Shown here: in pieces, positions 10,434 through 18,797 of the stretch
How the letters are laid out: every line of letters starts with the position of its first letter
Numbering within the stretch: position 1 is the stretch's first letter
NCBI GenBank assembly: GCA_047947115.1
Contig: CP170459.1
Span: forward strand, 5,856,001 to 5,920,000
Length of the DNA stretch: 64,000 nt
Origin: Verrucomicrobiota bacterium
GTDB taxonomy: Bacteria > Verrucomicrobiota > Verrucomicrobiia > Limisphaerales > AAA164-E04
Reading direction: 5' to 3'
Notes under the pieces: generated by a model
What the model saw: only the letters and a program-made list of their open reading frames with translations
What the model was told of the DNA's origin: nothing
Database searches by the model: none
Made by a program: the position numbers and the translations under genes

Positions 10434-11279
10434 TTACTTGAATGCTTTCTTGAGAAATTTGAGTCCTTTCACGGCGATCTCATCGCGTGTGGGTTCCATG
10501 CGTCGCCAGATAGCGGCCGCCTTGGCGATGACTTTGACATCCGTGGTGAATGATTCAATCACCACATCTCCCGAGTAACGGATGGATTTCAAAGCCGCGA
10601 CGATGGGTTTCCAGTCGATATGATCGTTACCGGGAGTACCGCGATCACTTCCGCATGCATGGAAATGCCCCAAGTGTTTGCCGGCTTTTTTGATTGCCTT
10701 GGCTTGGTTCTTTTCCTCGATGTTCATATGGAATGTGTCGAGGTGCAGTTTGAGGGCCTTGCTGTCAACGTCCTTGATCATATTGAGCCCCTGGTCGCAG
10801 GTGTTGATGAAATCGGTTTCAAATCGGTTGAGCGGTTCCAGGCAAATCGTTCTACCACGGTCCTCGGCGTATTTGCTGAGTGCCTTCAGGTTTTTGACCA
10901 CCGCTTTCCACTGCTTGGCGTACTCCTTGGCGGGCACCGCGTCTGCACGGCCCACAGCCGAATAAACAGGACCAATCAACGAAGGACAATCCAGCACAAC
11001 CATCTGGTCGATCAAAGCCTTCATGTAGGCCATGCCGGTTTTTTGCTGCTCGGCAGTGCCGCGCAAATCCCGATCAGGCGACATGCAGGCGCAGACGGAA
11101 CCACAAACCAGCCCGTTGCGATCCAAGGCCGCTTTCACCTTTTCAGGATTGATGTGCGACGGATCCTCAACCGGAATCTCAATGGACTCGAAGCCCCATT
11201 TTTTAAACTTGGGCAACAAACCCGCACTTCTGGTTGTGAAGGGTGACGTAAACAGAAAGGTATTAATTCCAAATCTCAT
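10434..11279 (-). CDS. Sugar phosphate isomerase/epimerase (D-psicose/D-tagatose 3-epimerase-like TIM barrel)
   Basis: LEPLNRFE, LDTFHMNIEE, H..GSDRGTPG, VIESF. Confidence 0.9.
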   Translation of the reverse strand: MRFGINTFLFTSPFTTRSAGLLPKFKKWGFESIEIPVEDPSHINPEKVKAALDRNGLVCGSVCACMSPDRDLRGTAEQQKTGMAYMKALIDQMVVLDCPSLIGPVYSAVGRADAVPAKEYAKQWKAVVKNLKALSKYAEDRGRTICLEPLNRFETDFINTCDQGLNMIKDVDSKALKLHLDTFHMNIEEKNQAKAIKKAGKHLGHFHACGSDRGTPGNDHIDWKPIVAALKSIRYSGDVVIESFTTDVKVIAKAAAIWRRMEPTRDEIAVKGLKFLKKAFK

Positions 11280-11322
11280 AGCTAGGGATATGTGTCCCAG
11301 CAGTATAGTTCGGAACCGACGA

Positions 11323-12372
11323 CTAACAAGCTTTTTGTCCGAGAGTTGTCAGGATGGTCTGGACCCGATGACGATAGGTATGGTGCTGAATCACGCGCTT
11401 GCGTCCGTTCAAAGCAATATCTTCCGCCCGGTAAGGATCGTACATCATGGATCGAAAAACCAGTGGTACTTCATCCCAATCGCGATAGACCACGACTTCT
11501 TCATAGGGATCAAACTGGAGTTCCAGATCAGGCACCCATTTCGTCAGGAGCAGGTTTTGACAGGCAGCCACTTCAAAGACCCGAAAATTGATGCCGTTCA
11601 GATTTTTAGGGCGTCTGGGCAGGTTCAATGTGATGGCAAATTCCTGATACAGGCGCGATAGGTCCGAATGATCCAGCTTTTGATTTGTCAGCCGATTCCA
11701 GAAACCGTGCGTCTGAGGTCCATACCATTCCACGGGCACACCCCGGAGTCGAAGCCTGTTCAGTATTTTCAAGCGTGTCTCGGTCAAGGAACCTGCAAAA
11801 ACGATCTTGTTCTTCCTGGCTTTCACCCCACCGGGTTGAAACCGCTTCTCATTCACCGCCAAGGGAAGATATTTCAGCCCCTTCTTTTCGCCTTCACGAA
11901 CTTTCTTCAGTGATTCTTGCATGGAGGAATCAGAATAAAAAACATGATCGAAACATTGTATCCCCTTCCAGGAAGTTCGCCGGCAATCACTGAACCACGC
12001 TGCCAGGGTGGCGCTGCGTTTCAGATCGCGTTGGATGGCTTTGAAAAATGCGGGCTCCATACCGAATGGGTCCAGAAAGAGGATTAACTGAGGATTCGCC
12101 TGTGTCACTTGATCTCGAATGCGTTGAATGACCGGTTCATCCACGTCGAAATTCATAAAGCCTTTGCGAAATTCAAACCAACGTTCCTCCAGGCGCTTTG
12201 GCACCAGCGGAAGCACCGAAGCCGTCGCCCCCACATGGACGAAGGCTTCTTTCAAATCTTCCGCCCAATAGTGCATACGCGTGTCGCCCACAATCAGCAC
12301 TTTGTGCTTGTAGGACAACACCGGTTTCTCGCCTGCAGGCTGCGACGACTGTTCCTGGATCATTTCATCCAT
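11323..12372 (-). CDS. CgeB-like glycosyltransferase (Glyco_trans_1_2 type)
   Basis: LPLAV, FAGS, LN...INFRVFEVAAC, IALNGRKRV...HTYRHR. Confidence 0.8.
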   Translation of the reverse strand: MDEMIQEQSSQPAGEKPVLSYKHKVLIVGDTRMHYWAEDLKEAFVHVGATASVLPLVPKRLEERWFEFRKGFMNFDVDEPVIQRIRDQVTQANPQLILFLDPFGMEPAFFKAIQRDLKRSATLAAWFSDCRRTSWKGIQCFDHVFYSDSSMQESLKKVREGEKKGLKYLPLAVNEKRFQPGGVKARKNKIVFAGSLTETRLKILNRLRLRGVPVEWYGPQTHGFWNRLTNQKLDHSDLSRLYQEFAITLNLPRRPKNLNGINFRVFEVAACQNLLLTKWVPDLELQFDPYEEVVVYRDWDEVPLVFRSMMYDPYRAEDIALNGRKRVIQHHTYRHRVQTILTTLGQKAC

Positions 12373-12419
12373 AAAAATCGCTGGACAGAATGAGGAGAAT
12401 GGAATCGGTTTGCAATCGT

Positions 12420-13391
12420 TTAAGCTCTGGGATGTGATTCATCATAAACCCGCTTGAGTCGATCGGTCGAAAGGTGTGTGTAAATCTGGGTGGTCACCAG
12501 GTGCGCGTGCCCTAGCAGTTCCTGCACGCTCCGCAAGTCGGCTCCCGCATTCAACAGGTGGGTGGCAAAACTGTGCCGCAATTTGTGCGGCGTCAGGTTT
12601 GGATCCAGTTCCGCCATGATGAGGTAGGTTTTCAGCCGTGTCTGGATCAGCCTAGGATAGAGGCCCAGTTTGTCGTCAACATTGGCATAGAAAACAGGTT
12701 GATCAGGGAACTTGGGATGGTTGATGGCATCCCAATAGACACTGATGGATTCCAACGCGGGAAGACCGATGGGTGTCAAACGTTCCTTCTTACCCTTGCC
12801 TTCCACTCGCACGACCTGATCATCAAAAAACACATCCCCAACAGTCAAACCACACAGTTCACCGATACGCAGGCCGCAGGAGTAAAGGGTTTCAAGCACG
12901 GCAGTGTCCCGAAGATATGCCTTCGGGGAGGGTGGACGCTTGCTTTTCTTCTTTTTGATTTCCCATGCCCGGGCTGGAGCCTGTAATAGTGCGCTGATCT
13001 GGTTCGGCGTCAGGAACTGCGGTAGATGGCGCTCTTTTTTGGGCAAAGTAATGTTTCGAATGGGCATTTTCTCGACCTGCCCTTTTCGGATCAGAAACTT
13101 GTAAAACGTCCGAAGAGCACTGAATCGAACCTGTGTTGAAGAGCGACTGTAGTTTTCACGCCCCAGGAACCTCAGATAGCCCCGAAACAGATCCCGGTCT
13201 AGGGATTTCCAGTCAGCAGTCTTTTGATACGTCTGCTGATGCCAGGCGACAAATTCATTGAGCGCCTGGGAATAGTTGCGGCTCGTGTGCTCAGAGGCGG
13301 ATCTCACGTGAACAAGATCCTCCAAAAAGGCGTCAATCCAGGGATCCGCTGCAGCATTGTCTGAATCTGCGGCGTCCATCGGTTCAGACAT
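12420..13391 (-). CDS. xerC: Tyrosine recombinase XerC
   Basis: LYSCGLRIGEL, GKGKKER, TPHKLRHSFATHLL, VQELLGHA, TTQIYTH. Confidence 0.88.
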   Translation of the reverse strand: MSEPMDAADSDNAAADPWIDAFLEDLVHVRSASEHTSRNYSQALNEFVAWHQQTYQKTADWKSLDRDLFRGYLRFLGRENYSRSSTQVRFSALRTFYKFLIRKGQVEKMPIRNITLPKKERHLPQFLTPNQISALLQAPARAWEIKKKKSKRPPSPKAYLRDTAVLETLYSCGLRIGELCGLTVGDVFFDDQVVRVEGKGKKERLTPIGLPALESISVYWDAINHPKFPDQPVFYANVDDKLGLYPRLIQTRLKTYLIMAELDPNLTPHKLRHSFATHLLNAGADLRSVQELLGHAHLVTTQIYTHLSTDRLKRVYDESHPRA

Positions 13392-16231
13392 CAGTTGTCT
13401 GCGGCCGAACTTCCTCCGGTCGTTTGTTCACGTGGAGCGAATTCGAATCCCACCTTGCCATTTTCCTCCAAGACCAGAGCGGCTTCAAACGGGAAGCCTC
13501 GCTTGGAGATGAATCCCTTCAGGAAATCCGTTCTGCCGTTGCTGAGCAGCTTCTTGATCTGTTCCTCTTCAACGGGCTGCTGAAGCACTATTTTACCAGA
13601 TTTGAATTTGCACGGTTTGGTGTCCTTCTGCGAATGCTCGCACAGGTAATCAGATTCACTGGCAAATACACGCCCCTTGCAACGCGGGCATTCGCCCAGC
13701 GATTGCTGCCCATCGAAGCTGATTTTCTCAGCGGGCTTGTCGTCAGCTTTCTTTGCAGCCGTCTTTTTCTTGGACTGACGGGGTTCGAATTCGAAAGATA
13801 CCTTGCCCTCCTTGATGACAAGAAAGGCATTGAAGGCCCGCCCGGTCCGGTTGGACACGAATTTGTTGATGAGGTCAGACTTTCCGTCCGTCAGGAGCTT
13901 CTTGACCTGGGCCGGTTCAATTTCGCGCTGAAGAATGATCTTGCCAGTTTTGAAGTCACAGGACTTTTCCGGTCCCTTGGATTTTTCGCAGACATAATGC
14001 ATGCCGTGTTCGTAAACATTGCTTTTGCATTTGGGACAGGCTCCCATGGACTGCTTGCCGGAAAAATCTACAGCCTCCTCCTCGCCATTGTCTTTGTCTT
14101 TGCCGTTGTCACCAAAGTCAAATTCGAGCTTCTTCTCGTCGTTCAACTTGATGATGGCAGCAAAGGGCCAGCCTTGTTTGCTGCGGAATCCCTGCAAGGG
14201 TCCCACGCTGCCCTGGCTGAGGATGGCCTCCATTTCCTCGTATTCGAACTGACGTCCCGACAGAATTTTCCAGACCGAAAAATCGCAGGCGCTGCATTGG
14301 AACGTCTTGTAGGTTTCCTTCACCTGACCACCACACTTAGGACAGGGTGTCTTGAGCACTCCAAAATCCCCGGGCACCGTATCACTGTCAAAAGACTTGG
14401 CTTGCTCGACCATCTTACGGGTCATTTCCTGGATCTCGGCCATGAAGGTCGCCCGGTCCAGCTGACCTTGCTCCATCAGCTTGAGCTTATGCTCCCAATC
14501 GCCGGTCAACTCAGGCGAACACAATTCAGGAATCTGCAACCCGCGCAACAGCGTAATCAAGCTGAACGCCTTGGCGGTGGGCTGGAGTTCGCGCTGGTTG
14601 CGGATGACGTACTTTTCCCGAATCAAGTTCTCGATAATCGAAGCACGGGTCGCAGGTGTCCCCAGGCCCTTGGCACTCATCGCAGCCCGAAGTTCCTCGT
14701 CATCGACCATTTTCCCTGCACCTTCCATGGCGGAAAGAAGAGTGGCTTCCGAATAGCGGGGAGGCGGCTTCGTCTGGTTCTCGCGAACCTCGATCTCCTG
14801 CGTTCCAACGGTTTCCCCATCATCAACGGGCGTCAGGTGGTCGGCTTCTCCTGCCGGGAGAGCCTTGCCATAAACCTCCAACCAACCCGGTTTCACCAGC
14901 ACCTTGCCTTCTGTCTTGAAGGATTCTTCCTCGACGAGGGTGATGCGGGTGGTGATGAGATATTCCGCCGCCGGATAGAAGACCGCAAGAAAACGCCGTA
15001 CCACCATGTCATAAATCTTTTGCTCATCATCGTTCAATTTCTTTTTGGGACCGAGCGATGTCGGGATGATGGCAAAGTGATCGGAAATCTTGGCGTTATT
15101 GAAAATGCGTTTGTTGGGCTGCACCCAGTTGTTGGACTCGATTTTGGATGCGGAACTTTCAAAAACCGAGCCTCGGAAGGCTTTCAGGGTCTCCTTTACG
15201 GTTCCAAGATAATCCTCGGGCAGTGCTCTGGAATCCGTCCTGGGATAAGTCAACATCTTGTGCCGCTCATATAGTGCCTGGGCCAGCTGAAGTGTCCGGC
15301 CTGCAGGCAAACCGAAGCGTGAATTGGCCTCCCGCTGCAAACTCGTCAAATCATAGAGCAACGGAGACATCTGCCGACTTGGCTTGCTCTCCTCCGTGAC
15401 CGTTCCGGGTTTGTTCAGGCATTTTTGAAAGAGAGCATCTGCCTGTTCCTTGGTCCAGATACGCTCGGGACGTGCATCAGGATCTTCGTCTTTGTTCTTT
15501 TTCTTGAACTCAGGATCAAACCACCGGCCTTCGTAAGTGCCCGCCTTGGCCAGAAATGTTGCGTGCAGTTCCCAGTAGTCTCGTGAAACAAATTTTTTAA
15601 TTTTCTGCTCACGATCCACCAGGATTGTCAGCGTCGGAGTCTGAACGCGACCAACGGTGGTCAGGTAAAACCCCCCGGACTTCGAGTTGAAAGCCGTCAT
15701 GGCCCGTGTGCCATTGATGCCGACCAACCAATCGGATTCCGATCGGCAGACCGCGGCATTGGCCAGGGGTTGCATGTCCTCATCCGAACGCAGCCGGTTG
15801 AATCCATCCCGGATGGCCTGAGGGGTCATGGACTGCAGCCACAGGCGGTTGATGGGTTTGCTTGTCTTGGAATCGTCCACAATGTGACGAAAAATCAACT
15901 CCCCTTCACGCCCGGCATCACAGCCATTGATCAAGGTGTCGACATCCTTGCGCTTAATCAATCGTCGAAGCAGTTTGAGCTTGGACTCGGATTTGCTGAT
16001 TGGTTTGAGGGCGAAATGGTCGGGAATGACCGGCAGGTGCGCAAAGGTCCACTTGCCGCGCTTAACCTCGGCTTCAGGCGGAACAGTCAACTCCAGTAAA
16101 TGCCCCACCGCCGAGGCAATGACGTAGTCATCACTTTCGAAGTAATCGTCCTTCTTGCTGAATCCGCCCAGAGCACGGCTAATGTCCAGAGCGACGGAAG
16201 GCTTTTCTGCGATGATCAATGATTTACCCAT
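13391..16231 (-). CDS. topB: DNA topoisomerase III (type IA) with C-terminal Cys/Toprim C-terminal repeats
   Basis: IAEKPS, CDAGREGELIF, VGRVQTPTL, LTYPRTDSR, GLGTPATRA; three CPKC/CPRC repeats. Confidence 0.92.
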   Translation of the reverse strand: MGKSLIIAEKPSVALDISRALGGFSKKDDYFESDDYVIASAVGHLLELTVPPEAEVKRGKWTFAHLPVIPDHFALKPISKSESKLKLLRRLIKRKDVDTLINGCDAGREGELIFRHIVDDSKTSKPINRLWLQSMTPQAIRDGFNRLRSDEDMQPLANAAVCRSESDWLVGINGTRAMTAFNSKSGGFYLTTVGRVQTPTLTILVDREQKIKKFVSRDYWELHATFLAKAGTYEGRWFDPEFKKKNKDEDPDARPERIWTKEQADALFQKCLNKPGTVTEESKPSRQMSPLLYDLTSLQREANSRFGLPAGRTLQLAQALYERHKMLTYPRTDSRALPEDYLGTVKETLKAFRGSVFESSASKIESNNWVQPNKRIFNNAKISDHFAIIPTSLGPKKKLNDDEQKIYDMVVRRFLAVFYPAAEYLITTRITLVEEESFKTEGKVLVKPGWLEVYGKALPAGEADHLTPVDDGETVGTQEIEVRENQTKPPPRYSEATLLSAMEGAGKMVDDEELRAAMSAKGLGTPATRASIIENLIREKYVIRNQRELQPTAKAFSLITLLRGLQIPELCSPELTGDWEHKLKLMEQGQLDRATFMAEIQEMTRKMVEQAKSFDSDTVPGDFGVLKTPCPKCGGQVKETYKTFQCSACDFSVWKILSGRQFEYEEMEAILSQGSVGPLQGFRSKQGWPFAAIIKLNDEKKLEFDFGDNGKDKDNGEEEAVDFSGKQSMGACPKCKSNVYEHGMHYVCEKSKGPEKSCDFKTGKIILQREIEPAQVKKLLTDGKSDLINKFVSNRTGRAFNAFLVIKEGKVSFEFEPRQSKKKTAAKKADDKPAEKISFDGQQSLGECPRCKGRVFASESDYLCEHSQKDTKPCKFKSGKIVLQQPVEEEQIKKLLSNGRTDFLKGFISKRGFPFEAALVLEENGKVGFEFAPREQTTGGSSAADN

Positions 16232-16453
16232 GATATATGGTGGCAACCGTTATCAACCGATACGCGCCAGGTGCAAGTGTTTTTTATGCGGAAGCCCATT
16301 TTTATTTTTCCAGAAGCAGGTCAATTTGCCCTCAGGCCTGGATGAAACCCCGTTTGAGGGATGTTTGCTTTATTTTTGACAATACGCTTGATTCGAAGTG
16401 CTGGAACATGATGTTTTGGGTTTCGATTGTTGCACCGTTCATTCGAACACCCT

Positions 16454-16522
16454 ATGACTACGATTTTATTTAAAATACTGATTGCCATTAGTTTTGGCCT
16501 CATGATGATGGCATTGTTGTAA
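16454..16522 (+). CDS. Putative 22-aa hydrophobic peptide MTTILFKILIAISFGLMMMALL (not in ORF track)
   Basis: ATG 16454 to TAA 16520-16522; the stop overlaps the next ATG (TAATG); one TM-length hydrophobic helix. Confidence 0.5.
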   Translation: MTTILFKILIAISFGLMMMALL

Positions 16523-16935
16523 TGTTTCCGTTCCGAGCATTGAGTTTTCGATCCGGTTGGTTCGATTCCTTCTGGCTTCTGTCGCTGGCATGCTATGCCA
16601 TCCATAGGATTTGGCAATGGGCATCACCAGCGCCCGGTTGGATGTCCAGCTATTGGAACGACATCTGGATGCTGCCCTGTGCCGTCCCACTGGTGATTCG
16701 TATCTATGAAACACTCAACCTGAGAGAACCCAACATGCATCCGAGCCTTTCAGAGATTGTCTGGCATGGTTTGCTCTGGAGCTTCATGGCGGAGGGACTG
16801 GCCCCGGTTTGGTTCCCATCTTCAACGGCCGATCCGCTCGATTTGGCTGCTTACGCATTGGGAGGCTTTATGCTGTGGCTACGCTGGCACTTATTCCCAC
16901 GAATCAACCATGACGTCACACTCGGGCTTCGATAA
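16522..16935 (+). CDS. Uncharacterised membrane protein (3-4 TM)
   Basis: Hydrophobic segments, ND..M.P, E...P and TADPLDL.AYALG motifs; coupled to the downstream methyltransferase. Confidence 0.7.
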   Translation: MFPFRALSFRSGWFDSFWLLSLACYAIHRIWQWASPAPGWMSSYWNDIWMLPCAVPLVIRIYETLNLREPNMHPSLSEIVWHGLLWSFMAEGLAPVWFPSSTADPLDLAAYALGGFMLWLRWHLFPRINHDVTLGLR

Positions 16936-17680
16936 ACTGGCTCCCTTCTACCGCCTCATGGAGAAGCTGGTAGCGGGCAAGATCCTTCAAGAGGCTCGCA
17001 CCGCTCATACGGACAAGCTCCAACAGCCAAGCAACGTACTGATGCTGGGAGAAGGCCCGGGGCGATTGCTGGCACACCTGCTCGACAGGCTCCCATCAGC
17101 CCATTTTCTGGTAATGGATCAAAGTCAAGGCATGCTCAACCAAGCATTAAAGTGCCTGCAAAGAACCCATTCAGACTGTTCAAGGATAACCTGGCTCAAC
17201 CGGAATATCCTGACGCAGGACATCCCCGATGGCCCTTACGACCTGATCACAACCCCCTTTTTCCTGGATTGTTTTACCCAGGATCAGCTTGACCTGATAA
17301 TCCCATCCATCGCCTCACGCAGCGCCCAGCAATGCCATTGGCTGCTGATCGATTTTCAAATTCCTGCGACAGGCAAGTTCCGCTCTACGAGAGCCAGATG
17401 CGTTCATCGGCTCATGTACACGTTTTTCCGGATCATCACGGGAATCGATGCTGATCATGTGGTGGAGCCTGATTCCCTGATGGAGGCAGCGGGTTTCAGA
17501 CGGTTGAGTCGATTGGAATTCAACGCTGGATTGATTCGATCGGACCTTTGGAGACGAGTGGGAAAAATCAGTGGCAATGGGGGCAGGCCCCATTCAATCC
17601 GGAGAAATGAGGACTCAAGTAAGGAATACCCAGATTCAACCCGCGCAGGATTAGCAAAACCCCCATCACCCCCCACATGA
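16910..17680 (+). CDS. Class I SAM-dependent methyltransferase
   Basis: FDKLAPFY start, VLMLGEGPGR motif I, YDLITTPFFLD, LLIDF; ATG 16910 preferred over the TTG in the track. Confidence 0.85.
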   Translation: MTSHSGFDKLAPFYRLMEKLVAGKILQEARTAHTDKLQQPSNVLMLGEGPGRLLAHLLDRLPSAHFLVMDQSQGMLNQALKCLQRTHSDCSRITWLNRNILTQDIPDGPYDLITTPFFLDCFTQDQLDLIIPSIASRSAQQCHWLLIDFQIPATGKFRSTRARCVHRLMYTFFRIITGIDADHVVEPDSLMEAAGFRRLSRLEFNAGLIRSDLWRRVGKISGNGGRPHSIRRNEDSSKEYPDSTRAGLAKPPSPPT

Positions 17681-18263
17681 AGGGGATCATTTTTTGCAGC
17701 TTCAGCCGAAAAGATGGAGACACTTTGTTGCCGGAAAAATGGAGAGCCAGCATCAAGGGAAACGTTCCCAGTCCAAAAGCAGCCATAAAAACCATGGCGG
17801 CCAGTGGGTGCCCGTAAGACGCCGCAGAGGCCCCGGCAACATACACCAGACCGCAAGGCAGCAAACCATTGATCATCCCCAAACCGAAAGTGGATCTTAA
17901 TCCGGTCGATTGCATGCGAGCTGAAAAATGGCGTTTGATCCACATCACCCATCGGGCAATCAGAGGATTGCCCATCCATTTGGATCCGAAAAACACGCCC
18001 GCCAACACGACAAGACCGGCAATCACTGAAAGTGTTTGCTGCCAACCTACCATGGAAAAAGCACTGCCTATGACGGCAAATCCCGCTCCAACCAGCAGGT
18101 AGGAAGCCAAACGCCCCCCCTGATAAACCAAAGCTCCCAGCCAAGCACTTCCCCGCCCCGCCCGGGCGCAGGCAAGTGAAATAATAAGGGGACCGCACAT
18201 GCCGGCACAATGCGCCCCTCCGACGAATCCCATCATCAAACCCGGTATGATCAGTTCCAGCAT
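17568..18263 (-). CDS. Sulfite exporter TauE/SafE-like / DsbD_2 membrane protein of cbb3 assembly loci
   Basis: HCAGMCGP, NGLLPCGLVY, FGLGT, C-terminal CPHCH. Confidence 0.88.
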   Translation of the reverse strand: MLELIIPGLMMGFVGGAHCAGMCGPLIISLACARAGRGSAWLGALVYQGGRLASYLLVGAGFAVIGSAFSMVGWQQTLSVIAGLVVLAGVFFGSKWMGNPLIARWVMWIKRHFSARMQSTGLRSTFGLGMINGLLPCGLVYVAGASAASYGHPLAAMVFMAAFGLGTFPLMLALHFSGNKVSPSFRLKLQKMIPFMWGVMGVLLILRGLNLGIPYLSPHFSGLNGACPHCH

Positions 18264-18280
18264 CGTTCGTTTGAAAAGTG

Positions 18281-18739
18281 CTAGATGGCTTCAACCACCA
18301 ATGAATCTTCGAAAAAGTATTCCTGTCCTCCAGCCTGCCAGTTTACTTTGATCCGCCACAAGCCGGGAGCCAGTTCCATTTCAAGCCGGTATGGATCCTG
18401 GGAGGTTTTGGCGTTCATCTCCAGTTTTTGATCCAATGTCGCATTCGACGGCCGATAGATCCACAAAGCCCCTGAGAAATCACCGCTTGCGGTATGGGCG
18501 TTGGGCAGACGTATCTCCAGATGTTGAAGCGCGTAGTCCACTCCGATCTCACTCTTGTAGGGTTCCGTGCGTTTGATGCGTTCAATCTGGTCCTGGAACT
18601 TTACTTCCGCTGCGTAGTAGTCCGAACGCACCAACTCTACGTTGTGTTTCAATGAATAGATCACCAACACAACAACGCCACATAGAACGATGCTGAAATA
18701 AGCGATGATGGCCGCTGGCCAAGGGTGAATTTTTGCCAT
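18281..18739 (-). CDS. fixH: FixH/CcoH family protein
   Basis: N-terminal TM, LVRSDYYAAEVKFQ, YRPSN..LD, GLWRIKVNW; downstream of ccoG. Confidence 0.8.
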   Translation of the reverse strand: MAKIHPWPAAIIAYFSIVLCGVVVLVIYSLKHNVELVRSDYYAAEVKFQDQIERIKRTEPYKSEIGVDYALQHLEIRLPNAHTASGDFSGALWIYRPSNATLDQKLEMNAKTSQDPYRLEMELAPGLWRIKVNWQAGGQEYFFEDSLVVEAI

Positions 18740-18797
18740 GCTGAATGATTTGATAGGATGATTGTCGTTAATAGTTAGCTTGTTGTGACACGGCGGA

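Noticed and set aside
12420..13391. Phage or island integrase
   Set aside because: The motifs and topB coupling fit chromosomal XerC; no att sites, tRNA or phage genes are nearby.
13424..15274. 616-aa plus-strand ORF and similar long shadow ORFs (6382-7299, 45193-45876)
   Set aside because: They are antisense to well-supported genes and have no recognisable motifs.
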